This document shows, piece by piece, positions 1-9,115 of a stretch of 64,000 bases of DNA. Made by a program: the position numbers and the translations under genes. A model generated the notes under the pieces. The model was given only the letters and a program-made list of their open reading frames with translations, ran no database searches and was not told the origin of the DNA. The number at the start of each line of letters is the position of its first letter. Position 1 is the stretch's first letter. The stretch comes from Phycisphaeraceae bacterium (GTDB lineage Bacteria; Planctomycetota; Phycisphaerae; Phycisphaerales; Zrk34): positions 1 to 64,000 of the forward strand of contig JBBDRF010000063.1 in NCBI GenBank assembly GCA_040905565.1, given 5' to 3'.

Positions 1-30
1 CGTGGGAACGTAGCCGCGTACACTGCCGAC

Positions 31-600
31 ATGGTCGAATTCCACGTCAAACGCTGCTTCGTTGCGATCCCGCTTGATGAGATGGTCGTCGCCGACCTCG
101 CCGACGCCATGGCAGGTCTGACGCTGGAGGGCATGCGCCGGCCGCCGCTCGAGAATCTCCACGTCACCGTCAAATTCTTGGGCGACGTCGACGATCCGCA
201 GATGCCTCAGATCCTTGAAGCACTTGCCACCGCCACCGAAGACGTGCCGCCGTTTGAACTGGAATTGCAGGGGCTGACGTACCTGCCCAACCCACGCCGG
301 CCGCGGGTGCTCGCCGCAAAGCTCGATCGGCCCGCGCCCCTGCTGAAGCTGCAGCAGCAGGTGGAGGAACTCACGCACGCCATTGGATTTCAAAAGGAAG
401 GCCGCGTGTACAATCCGCACATCACGCTCGGCCGATACCGCAAACCGCCCCGCGACGTGGTGGACCTGCAGCAGGCAAGCGAGCAACTGAAAGGAGAATC
501 CGGCTGGCCCGTTCACTCCATGGTCCTCCTGCAATCCGTGCTGGAATCAGCCGGCCCACGCTACGTCGAACTCGCCGAATTTAAGCTGTTTTCGCCGTAG
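31..600 (+). CDS. thpR: RNA 2',3'-cyclic phosphodiesterase (2H phosphoesterase, LigT/ThpR)
   Basis: Two HxT motifs (LHVTVKFLG, PHITLGR), N-terminal RCFVAI, C-terminal GPRY; typical size. Confidence 0.9.
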   Translation: MVEFHVKRCFVAIPLDEMVVADLADAMAGLTLEGMRRPPLENLHVTVKFLGDVDDPQMPQILEALATATEDVPPFELELQGLTYLPNPRRPRVLAAKLDRPAPLLKLQQQVEELTHAIGFQKEGRVYNPHITLGRYRKPPRDVVDLQQASEQLKGESGWPVHSMVLLQSVLESAGPRYVELAEFKLFSP

Positions 601-1780
601 GTTTGAGAATTTCAAGAATCACGTCCGCCGCCCGCTCTCCCGCATCGTGAGATTCAAAGGCGCGGCAGACCTGATCCAGTGACGCAATCTGCGCTTCGCG
701 CTTCGCCTCATCTTCCAGCAGGTCACTCAGTGTTTCGATGATCGGCCCGGCCTTCGCGGGTGACCCGAGGAACGGGACGAACTCGGGGACGATGTGACGC
801 GCGCGATCACGATGCGGCCCGCCGCCGGCCACCAGATTCGGCAACGTGAACGTGCCGGTGTTCATCAACCATCGGCCAATCGCGTGCCATGTGAGCCCGT
901 TCACCCGGTAGACGACGACCATCGGTTTGCGGTGCTGCGCGACGTGGAGCGTGGCGGTGCCGGAGACGGTGAGGACAACGTCGGACGCGCGCACGACATC
1001 GTCCATCCGACCCCGGATCAGCGTCAGGTTCTTCGGCAGGTCGTGCGCATAGCTCTGTCGCACGACCTGCTCAGCGGGCTCATCGGCGGCGGGAATAACG
1101 GCGGTCAACTCGGGGAAACGGGCCGACAACTGCTCGTAAACATGCTGCATAACCGGCCAATTGCGCACCACCTCGTCGCGACGCGACCCCGGAAGCAGCG
1201 CCAGTCTCGGTCGACCACTCGGTAGCTCAGCCTCAAGGTCGCCCGTGGAAGGCGGCGGCGAATCAAAAACAGGATGGCCGATGAACGTCGCGGCGACGTT
1301 GTGGGCGGCGAACCAGTCCGGCTCGAACGGCAGCAGACACAGCACATGGTCCGACCACTTATGTAGCCTTCGCACGCGCCAACTCGCCCATGCCCAGACC
1401 TGCGGCGCGACCAGATGCACGACGCGTCCCATGCCCGGTGCGGCGGCCCAGCGGCGTTTGACCATCCGGCAAATCGCCCAGTTCGCAGCCGGCGAATCGG
1501 TGGGCACGTGAAGCGCGACGGGCTGCGCATCCACCCATTTTTTCAGGCGTTTCAGGCGTGCACGGTGCGCCAGGGCCTGGCTCGCGGCACCGGCTCCCAT
1601 GACCGATCGCGTGGTGCTGGTCTCGATCAGCTCAGCCCCCGCGGCCTGCATGCGCGGGCCTCCCATGGCGTAGATGCGCAGGGTGGGATCGCGACGCAGC
1701 AGGGCGGCGATGACAGGGGCGGCGTGTTCGTCGCCGCTGGGCTCGAAGGCTGTGAACAGAATGACCGGGTCGTGAGGCAT
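581..1780 (-). CDS. lpxB: Lipid-A-disaccharide synthase
   Basis: EPSGD, APQVWAW, LLPFE, FIGHP, LLPGSR and SGTATL motifs; start moved to MPHDPVILF (ORF extends to 1816). Confidence 0.85.
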   Translation of the reverse strand: MPHDPVILFTAFEPSGDEHAAPVIAALLRRDPTLRIYAMGGPRMQAAGAELIETSTTRSVMGAGAASQALAHRARLKRLKKWVDAQPVALHVPTDSPAANWAICRMVKRRWAAAPGMGRVVHLVAPQVWAWASWRVRRLHKWSDHVLCLLPFEPDWFAAHNVAATFIGHPVFDSPPPSTGDLEAELPSGRPRLALLPGSRRDEVVRNWPVMQHVYEQLSARFPELTAVIPAADEPAEQVVRQSYAHDLPKNLTLIRGRMDDVVRASDVVLTVSGTATLHVAQHRKPMVVVYRVNGLTWHAIGRWLMNTGTFTLPNLVAGGGPHRDRARHIVPEFVPFLGSPAKAGPIIETLSDLLEDEAKREAQIASLDQVCRAFESHDAGERAADVILEILKPTAKTA

Positions 1781-1885
1781 GCGGCATACTGCACCCGAGC
1801 GAAGGTGCGATGTCAATCTGGTCTGCGGCGTGGGTTGGGGTAGGATGTGTCACGACACGAACTTTTCACGCGAAGCGAGATCGAT

Positions 1886-2236
1886 ATGCAGCGGACGGAA
1901 ACAGAAGGCATCGTCATCAGTTGTGACTTCTGCGGGACGGACTGGGACCCCTATGACACCAGCTACGCGAACCCGATGGTCGAAGGCCATCACGGCTCGG
2001 TGATGTGTTTAGCTTGTATGAAGCGTGCCCTGGCGGAGATTCAGGCATGGGAGTCGGCGTTCGACTGCCCGATGTGTTTGCAGCATCACGAAGCGGGGAC
2101 GGAGGCGTGGACGCATCCGGAGCCGGGCGATCAGCCGGGCATCAACGCGGGGGCGGTGGTCTGCCGACCGTGCATCCGCCAGGCAGCGGGGCGGTTTAAT
2201 AAGGATACCGATGTGGCCTGGAAGTGGGAGCATTGA
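1886..2236 (+). CDS. Small Cys-rich hypothetical protein, probably two C4 zinc fingers
   Basis: Four CxxC pairs: CDFC, CLAC, CPMC, CRPC; ATG at 1886 (ORF from 1847). Confidence 0.6.
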   Translation: MQRTETEGIVISCDFCGTDWDPYDTSYANPMVEGHHGSVMCLACMKRALAEIQAWESAFDCPMCLQHHEAGTEAWTHPEPGDQPGINAGAVVCRPCIRQAAGRFNKDTDVAWKWEH

Positions 2237-2290
2237 GGGCGAGCTCCTAGATGATGATCACCGTACCAAGGTTTTGGTGAGGGAAACGTC

Positions 2291-3439
2291 ATGCGCTATC
2301 TCGCGATCCTGCCGCTGTTGCTTCTGCTGGCGATGACTTCCGGGAGCGGGAAGCCGATTGATGATCGAGAACGCGCTTTTGAGGTGCCGGGGGGCGGGAG
2401 GCTGTTTTACGAGCGGCAGGAAGGGGAAGCAGGGCCTGAAGTCGTGGGGATTAGTTACAGCGGTCCCGCGGAGTGGCTCGTGGCGCAGGAGCATCCGCGG
2501 TCGCACTGGCACAAACTGCCTGCGCTGGAGAGAATCGAGTTCGTCGACACCTCGGTGACCAGTGAGCAGATTGAATACGTGGCGCAGCTCGAATCGGTCA
2601 CGCGTGTAAGGTTCTGGACTTGCGACTATGAGGCGAACGCCTTGCGCCCGCTGGGAAAGATGACGTGGCTGAAGGGCCTTGAAATCGACTTCAGCTCCTT
2701 CAGAGTCAATGACTTTACGGACTTGAAGCCACAGCCCGAGTTTTGTGACTTCATCGGCAAGCTGGTCAACCTGCAGTCCTTGGACCTGTGCGTGGGAGAA
2801 AGCGTGCCGATCGGCGAGGAGACCTTTCGCGCGATTACCAAACTTGAGAACCTGCGTGAGCTCAATATCCGGCTGCAGGAACTGGATGCTGAGACGCTGG
2901 GTCTTGTAAGCAAGTTGTCACAGCTCGAGTTTTTCCGTTTTGAGGGGCTTGAGAATCCGTTGCCTCTGCTTGAAGGGCTTCGCGGTCACAGGCGGCTGAA
3001 GACGCTCTTTGCCAGCCGTGTCGATGATCGCCACCTGGCTACTCTGGCGAGTTTGGCATCGCTTGAAATGCTTTCGCTAGATGGTAAGTCGATCGGCTCG
3101 CTTGCGCCGCTCGCGAATCTGACGAACCTGAGATCGCTTATGATGAGGTTCCACGCCTATAAGGCTGAGGAACTGGGCTGGATGCAGGAACTGCCGCAGC
3201 TTGAGATGATCAGCGTGTGGGGATCTCTTGGGGAGGACCTCTCACTTGAGGGGTTGCGCGGCCATGAAGGGCTTAGGAAGTTATGGTTCTACTATGTTCG
3301 TCTGAGCGTTGAGGACCTTGAGGTTCTGGCGTCGATGCCGAATTTGGAAAAGCTGTTGGTTGGCAACGAGCCCGATTCGGAGTGGCACGTTGCTGCGAAG
3401 CGGCGGTTGGCTGGGGTGGAAATCTACACGAGAAGGTAG
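2291..3439 (+). CDS. Secreted leucine-rich repeat protein
   Basis: Signal-peptide-like N-terminus; repeated LxxLxxLxxLxL units (LVNLQSLDL, LENLRELNI, LTNLRSL, MPNLEKL). Confidence 0.75.
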   Translation: MRYLAILPLLLLLAMTSGSGKPIDDRERAFEVPGGGRLFYERQEGEAGPEVVGISYSGPAEWLVAQEHPRSHWHKLPALERIEFVDTSVTSEQIEYVAQLESVTRVRFWTCDYEANALRPLGKMTWLKGLEIDFSSFRVNDFTDLKPQPEFCDFIGKLVNLQSLDLCVGESVPIGEETFRAITKLENLRELNIRLQELDAETLGLVSKLSQLEFFRFEGLENPLPLLEGLRGHRRLKTLFASRVDDRHLATLASLASLEMLSLDGKSIGSLAPLANLTNLRSLMMRFHAYKAEELGWMQELPQLEMISVWGSLGEDLSLEGLRGHEGLRKLWFYYVRLSVEDLEVLASMPNLEKLLVGNEPDSEWHVAAKRRLAGVEIYTRR

Positions 3440-3591
3440 CGTTGTGGCGGGAGTTTTGGCGATCGTGCCTTCCGGTGTTGTTTTTAGCTGACTGCCTCCT
3501 TGCCAGTCTTTGTCATCTGTTGCGTAAGTCGTTGATCTTCGTTGGTAGTCCACGTTGAACGACCTTCCGCGGCGGGCGAGTCAAGTCGTGA

Positions 3592-3624
3592 CGCCGGACC
3601 GCTCCCTTACGGTCGCGGCTCGTA
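3592..3624 (-). repeat. REP-like family A copy 1 (partial extra copy at 3653-3669)
   Basis: cgccggaccgctcccttacggtcgcggctcgta, the exact reverse complement of 10148-10180. Confidence 0.85.
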
Positions 3625-3791
3625 TTCGACGGTGCGTTGTATCCTGAGAGTGCACGGTCGCGGCTCGTGGTGGGTGTTTGTGGTGGTGGTTGGTGTGTCG
3701 CACCGGGGGGGGGCTGAGGGGTGAAGGGGGGTTGGGGACGATGGCGTGGGGGAGGTGGCGCGCGTGTGATGTGGGCATGGTACGTTCTGCG

Positions 3792-4883
3792 ATGGAAGGG
3801 CGGCGGATTGGTGACCTACCTGCACGCGAACAGGTGGAGGCCTATCTCACGCAACAGACGGGGCGGCCGGTGCGGTGCCAGTCGATGGAGGTGCTGGGGC
3901 CGGTGAAGGGGCAGAAGGGCTATCAGTACGGGACGCCGGTGCGTGTGCAGTTTGATTGCGACGGTGAGCAGCGGCAGGCGGTGCTGCACACGATCCAAGC
4001 TAGTGAATTTGGACACGAACGGTTCACCGACCGGGCGGCGATTCTGCTTTGGAGCCATCGGGCATTCAATCGGCTGGATCGTCATGTGCGGAGTTTGGAT
4101 GTGGGAGCGTTTGATCGTCACGGGGAGATGATGTCGCTGAGCGAGGCGACGGAGTTTTTTCTGCTGACGGAATATGTGCCCGGCCATGAGTATGCGGAGG
4201 ATCTGGATCGGCTGGGCAGGGGCGGGGAGCTTACCGAGCACGATTACGGTTTCGCCGATGCGTTGTGCGATTATCTGCTGCACATTCATCAGTTGCGGGG
4301 CGATCAGCCTCACTGGTACACGCGGCGGATTCGTGAACTGGTGGGGCATGGTGAGTGCATCATGGGGTTGATCGATACATTCGACGATCCGGAAGTGGCG
4401 AGCGCGGGGGAGCTTGAATCGATTGAACGGCGGGCGGTGGTCTGGCGATGGCGGCTGAAGGATCGGACGCATCGGCTGAGGCAGGTGCATGGCGATTTTC
4501 ATCCATGGAATATTCTGGTGCAGGATCACGGCGCGTTCTACGTGCTGGACCGGTCACGCGGTGAGTGGGGGGATGCGGCGGACGACGTGATTGCTTTGAC
4601 GATGAATTATCTGTTCATGGCGATGCAGCAGACGGGTCGGTGCGAGGGGCCGTTGGGTGAGTTGTTTTACCGGTTCTGGGATCGGTACCTGGCGGGCAGC
4701 GGTGACGAGGAGATGCTTGCGGTGGCGGCACCATTCGTGGCGATGCGCGGACTGGTGATGACGCATCCGCGGTGGTACCCGAATGTGTCGAAGGAGGTCA
4801 GGCGGAAGCTGATGCGGTTGGTGTCGCGGGTGCTGGATGCGAAGACGTTCGAGCCGAGGCACGTGAATGACTATCTGCGGTGA
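3792..4883 (+). CDS. Aminoglycoside phosphotransferase (APH/choline kinase-like) family protein
   Basis: Brenner motif HGDFHPWNIL followed by VLDRSRGEWG; start uncertain (ORF from 3678). Confidence 0.75.
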   Translation: MEGRRIGDLPAREQVEAYLTQQTGRPVRCQSMEVLGPVKGQKGYQYGTPVRVQFDCDGEQRQAVLHTIQASEFGHERFTDRAAILLWSHRAFNRLDRHVRSLDVGAFDRHGEMMSLSEATEFFLLTEYVPGHEYAEDLDRLGRGGELTEHDYGFADALCDYLLHIHQLRGDQPHWYTRRIRELVGHGECIMGLIDTFDDPEVASAGELESIERRAVVWRWRLKDRTHRLRQVHGDFHPWNILVQDHGAFYVLDRSRGEWGDAADDVIALTMNYLFMAMQQTGRCEGPLGELFYRFWDRYLAGSGDEEMLAVAAPFVAMRGLVMTHPRWYPNVSKEVRRKLMRLVSRVLDAKTFEPRHVNDYLR

Positions 4884-5460
4884 CCGGGCGAACGCAGGGG
4901 CGGAAGGGTGGGCGGTGTGGCTGACGGGGCTACCTGCTTCGGGGAAGAGTACGATCGCAAGGCAGGTGGTGAAGATTCTGGAACAGCGCGAAGCGGCGGG
5001 CATGATGGGGGGGGTGGAGGTTCTGGAATCGGATGCGTTGCGGGAGTGTCTGACGCCTGGTGCGGGGTACGGGGAGGCGGAGCGGGATCTTTTTTATGCC
5101 GCGGTGGCGTGGATGGGCGTGCTGCTGACGCGGCACGGGGTGAATGTGGTTTATGACGCGACGGCGCATCGGCTGCGGTATCGAGAGGCAGCACGGCAGG
5201 CGATTCCAAGGTTCGTGGAGGTGTGGGTGCGGTGTCCGGTGAGGGTGTGTCGGCAGCGGGATCGTAAGGGGATTTATGCAGCAGCGGAGCGGGGCGAGGC
5301 GGAGCAGGTGCCGGGCGTGGGGGTTGAATATGAGGCGAATGAACGGGCGGAGGTGATTGTCGACGCGGAGCGTGAATCGGCGGAAGCGGCAGCGGGGCGG
5401 ATCGTCCAAGCGTTGGAAAAGCGTGGGTGGCTGGATGGCGTCCTGGGGATAAAGGGGTGA
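4867..5460 (+). CDS. Adenylyl-sulfate kinase-like P-loop kinase
   Basis: WLTGLPASGKST Walker A; RDRKGIY...PGVGVEYE resembles the CysC lid; central region divergent. Confidence 0.75.
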   Translation: MTICGDRANAGAEGWAVWLTGLPASGKSTIARQVVKILEQREAAGMMGGVEVLESDALRECLTPGAGYGEAERDLFYAAVAWMGVLLTRHGVNVVYDATAHRLRYREAARQAIPRFVEVWVRCPVRVCRQRDRKGIYAAAERGEAEQVPGVGVEYEANERAEVIVDAERESAEAAAGRIVQALEKRGWLDGVLGIKG

Positions 5461-5463
5461 GCG

Positions 5464-6192
5464 ATGATTTTTCCGACGACGGGGACGACGCTGTCGCAGT
5501 TGGTGAGGCGGTGCGCGCCGGCGGCGAAGCTGTTGACGCAGCTGGGGATCGACTGGCGGACGCATCGTCATGCGACGCTTGCGGAGGCGGCGGCGCATGC
5601 GGGCGTTGAGCCTCGGGCGGTGCTGGAGGTGATGCTGGCGGCGGATGTGCCGAGGCGGCCGCCGAGTTCGCGCGACTGGCACTCGGCACCGCTGGAGGAT
5701 CTGGCGGACCACGTGGTGGCGACGCATCACACGTATCTGCGGCAGGTGATGCCTCGGATCAGTCTGTTGATCGAGAAGGCGGTGCGCGATCACGGTGAAC
5801 AGCATGCGGAGCTGCGGGCGATACGTGAAGTCTTCGCAGAGTTTCGGGAGGAGATGCAGCGATACCTGGTGAACGAGGAGGAGGTGCTGTTCCCGCTGAT
5901 TCGGCAGTTGGCGATGGCGCAGAAGCATCGTGGCATGTTCGCGGGAACGGTGGACCAGTCGGTGGCGGATGTGCGGGCGGAGTATCGGACGGCGGATGCG
6001 GCGCTGGCGCGGCTGCGGGAGCTGACGCGCGAACTTCATCCTTCGCCCGATGCGTCGACGAGCTACCGGGCGCTGATTGAAGAGCTGCGCCAATTGGAGC
6101 GGGATATGCAGCGGCATGAACAGCTTGAGAAGGAGGTGCTGTTTCCCAGGGCGATGGCGGTGGAGGAGGCGTTGATGCGTGAGTCGGGCTGA
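5464..6192 (+). CDS. Iron-sulfur cluster repair di-iron protein (Ric/YtfE/ScdA)-like, divergent
   Basis: ScdA_N-like start (LGID..TLAEAA), HHTYLR, two hemerythrin-type E..LFP motifs. Confidence 0.75.
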   Translation: MIFPTTGTTLSQLVRRCAPAAKLLTQLGIDWRTHRHATLAEAAAHAGVEPRAVLEVMLAADVPRRPPSSRDWHSAPLEDLADHVVATHHTYLRQVMPRISLLIEKAVRDHGEQHAELRAIREVFAEFREEMQRYLVNEEEVLFPLIRQLAMAQKHRGMFAGTVDQSVADVRAEYRTADAALARLRELTRELHPSPDASTSYRALIEELRQLERDMQRHEQLEKEVLFPRAMAVEEALMRESG

Positions 6193-6236
6193 GGGTGAAG
6201 CAGAGACGGTGAATGATGCGAAGAGGAGGCTGAGTG

Positions 6237-7403
6237 ATGATTGCGGAACCTAGACCGATTGTGCTTGTGACCGGCAGCAGTGGGCTGATCGGGACGGCAG
6301 TGATTGAGAAACTCAAGGAACGTTACAAGGTGGTGGGGCTGGACATTGTGGGGCCGAAGGAGCGGCCTGAGCACACGGCATTTGTGCGGTGTGATATCAG
6401 CAGCGACGAAGGGGTGCAGACGGCGCTGGATCAGGTACGGCAGGAGCATGGGGAGCGCATTGCGGCGGTGATTCATCTGGCGGCGTATTACGACTTCAGC
6501 GGCGAGCCAAGCGATAAGTATGAGCAGATCACGGTGCGCGGCACGCAACGGCTGCTGCGGAAGCTGAAGCAGTTTGAGCATGTGGGGCAGTTCATCTTCT
6601 CCAGCACGATGCTGGTGCATGCGCCGAGCGAGCCGGGCGTGGCGATGAGCGAGGAATGGCCGTTGCAGCCGAAGTGGGCGTACCCGGTTTCTAAGGTGCA
6701 GACGGAGGAGGTGATCCTGCGGGAGCATGAGATGATCCCGTGCGTGATTCTGCGGATTGCGGGGGTGTATGACGACTATGGGCATTCGCTGCCGTTGTCG
6801 CAGCAGATGGCGCGGATTCATGAGCGGACGCTGACGTCGCATGTGTTCCCCGGTGATTTGTCGCATGGGCAGGCGCTGGTGCATCTGGAGGATCTGGCGG
6901 AGGCGATGGTGCAGACGGTGGATCGGCGTGAGCAGCTTGAGGATGAGCTGGTGCTTTTGATCGGCGAGCCGGAGACGATGAGCTACGGCGAGCTGCAACG
7001 CCGACTGGCGGAGTTGATCCACGGCGAGAAAGCGTGGCGGACGCAGCGGATTCCCAAGTGGTTCGCGGCGGCCGGTGCGTGGGTGCAGGAGAAGATGCCG
7101 CGTGCGGTGGGCGATCCGTTCATCAAGCCTTGGATGATCGGGATGGCGGACGATCATTATGAGCTGGACATTGGGCGAGCGAGGCGGCTGCTGAACTGGA
7201 AGCCGGTGCATCGTCTGGCGGAGACGTTGCCGAAGATCGTGGCGTCGCTGCGTGAGGACACGGTGGGGTGGTACAAGGCCCACAAGCTTCCGGTGCCCAA
7301 GGAGGTGAAGCAGCAGGCGGAGCGTGAGCGGGCGCTGGCGGAGAAGGAGCATCGGGCGGCGGAGCAGCGGCGAAGAAGCGAGCGTGAGCGGGCGCAGCAT
7401 TGA
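6237..7403 (+). CDS. NAD-dependent epimerase/dehydratase (extended SDR)
   Basis: TGSSGLIG, HLAAYYDF, YPVSK (YxxxK); SD gaggagg. Confidence 0.85.
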   Translation: MIAEPRPIVLVTGSSGLIGTAVIEKLKERYKVVGLDIVGPKERPEHTAFVRCDISSDEGVQTALDQVRQEHGERIAAVIHLAAYYDFSGEPSDKYEQITVRGTQRLLRKLKQFEHVGQFIFSSTMLVHAPSEPGVAMSEEWPLQPKWAYPVSKVQTEEVILREHEMIPCVILRIAGVYDDYGHSLPLSQQMARIHERTLTSHVFPGDLSHGQALVHLEDLAEAMVQTVDRREQLEDELVLLIGEPETMSYGELQRRLAELIHGEKAWRTQRIPKWFAAAGAWVQEKMPRAVGDPFIKPWMIGMADDHYELDIGRARRLLNWKPVHRLAETLPKIVASLREDTVGWYKAHKLPVPKEVKQQAERERALAEKEHRAAEQRRRSERERAQH

Positions 7404-7424
7404 GCTGTGAATTGAGGGGGAGGC

Positions 7425-8762
7425 ATGAAGCCGCACAATGATCTGGGGCAAGCGGTGGGGGATCCGTTTCCCAATCGCGGCGGCGAGACGGTCTGGGCGC
7501 ACCTTGCGAACGCAGCGGTGGGGCTGTGGCTGGTGACGAGCCCGGCGGCGTTCGGATACGCGGGGACGCCGATGGCGTGGAGCGATCATGTGTCGGGGTT
7601 GTTGTTGATCGTGTTCGGCCTGGCCTCGGTATCGCCGAGGCGATGGTGGGGGCCCTGGGCGGCGTTCGTGGTGGGGTTGTGGTTGCTGTTTGCGCCGCTG
7701 GTGCTGTGGAGCGAATCGGCGGCGGCGTATGCGAACAGCACTTTGGCGGGGATTGTGGCGATCGCGTTGGCGCTGGTGGTGCCGCGGACGCTGGGCTCGC
7801 AGGAGTTGGAGCCGGATTTGCCGCCGGGCTGGTCGTTTAATCCGTCGTCGTGGGTGCAGCGGGTGCCGATTGTGGCGCTGGCGTGGGTGAGCTTCATGGC
7901 TTCGCGGTACCTGGCGACGTATCAGTTGGGGTACGGGCCGCAGGCGTGGGATCCGGTATTTGTGGAGGGCACGCGGAATGTGTTGGAATCGGAGGTGAGT
8001 CAGGCGTTCCCGATTTCGGATGCGGGGCTGGGGGCGGTGGCGTATGCGATGGAAGCGTTGGTGGGGTTGATGGGCAATTCGAGCCGATGGCGGACGGCGC
8101 CCTGGCTGGTGGCGTTGTTCGGGGTGCTGGTGGTGCCGCTGGGCGTAGTGAGCATCGTGTTGATCATGCTTCAGCCGTTGGCCGTGGGGGCGTGGTGTTT
8201 CCTGTGTCTGGTGACGGCGGTGACGATGTTGATCATGGCGTGCCTGGCGCTGCCCGAGGTCGTGGGGATGGTGCAGTACATGGACTGGACGCGGCGGCAG
8301 GGACGCTCGGTCTGGCACACCTTCTGGCACGGCGGGCCGATGTACGGCGGCGTCGAGGCGGCGCCGGTGAAGCTGACCGATCCCGTCGGCCGAATCGTCA
8401 GCGGGATGGTCAAGGGGGCGACGGCGGCGTGGTCGCTGGTGGCCAGTGCGGTGGTGGGCGTGTGGCTGCTGCTGGCGCCGGTGATGTTGGAACTCGAAGG
8501 GGCGGTGGCCGACGCGCACTATCTGGTGGGGGCATTGGTGGTCACGGTGTCGGTGTTGGCGATGGCGGAAGTCGCGCGCACACTGCGATGGGTGAACCTG
8601 CTGCTGGCGGCGGCGATCGCGGCAAGCCCGTGGGTGCTCACCGGCAGCAACGAAGAAGGCCGCTGGGCGGCGCTGGCGGCGGGCGTGGTGCTGATCGTCG
8701 TGACGATCCCACGTGGGCCGATCCTGTGCCGGTACGGATGGTGGGAACGATGGATCTTCTAA
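7425..8762 (+). CDS. Vitamin K epoxide reductase-family membrane protein with SPW repeats
   Basis: Many TM segments, WCFLC (CxxC), GLWL..P and SPW motifs. Confidence 0.8.
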   Translation: MKPHNDLGQAVGDPFPNRGGETVWAHLANAAVGLWLVTSPAAFGYAGTPMAWSDHVSGLLLIVFGLASVSPRRWWGPWAAFVVGLWLLFAPLVLWSESAAAYANSTLAGIVAIALALVVPRTLGSQELEPDLPPGWSFNPSSWVQRVPIVALAWVSFMASRYLATYQLGYGPQAWDPVFVEGTRNVLESEVSQAFPISDAGLGAVAYAMEALVGLMGNSSRWRTAPWLVALFGVLVVPLGVVSIVLIMLQPLAVGAWCFLCLVTAVTMLIMACLALPEVVGMVQYMDWTRRQGRSVWHTFWHGGPMYGGVEAAPVKLTDPVGRIVSGMVKGATAAWSLVASAVVGVWLLLAPVMLELEGAVADAHYLVGALVVTVSVLAMAEVARTLRWVNLLLAAAIAASPWVLTGSNEEGRWAALAAGVVLIVVTIPRGPILCRYGWWERWIF

Positions 8763-8775
8763 CGAAAGGACAGCG

Positions 8776-8982
8776 ATGAGCGATCACGTTTACAAGCACG
8801 TCGAGGTGACCGGGTCGTCGACGGAATCGATCGAGGACGCGGTTAAAAAGGCCGTCTCGCGCGCGTCGCAAACGCTGCGGCACTTGCGGTGGTTTGAAGT
8901 GCTCGAGACACGCGGCCACATCGAAGAAGGCAAGGTCGCACACTGGCAGGTCACCGTAAAAATCGGCTTCACCCTGGATTGA
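8776..8982 (+). CDS. Dodecin (flavin-binding)
   Basis: [15 protein letters not shown]...LRWFEV...[12 protein letters not shown], classic dodecin; SD aaagga. Confidence 0.92.
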   Translation: MSDHVYKHVEVTGSSTESIEDAVKKAVSRASQTLRHLRWFEVLETRGHIEEGKVAHWQVTVKIGFTLD

Positions 8983-9115
8983 TCGAGCTATGTGAAGTGT
9001 GATCAGCGACGCTTCGGGCCTCGCATTCGCCCCCCTTTGCGTTGCTTGCCCGGTGTCGCCACAATGGAAGGCTTCTCCGAATGACAACGACTCTTCGCAA
9101 CAAGTGGTGACGGCA

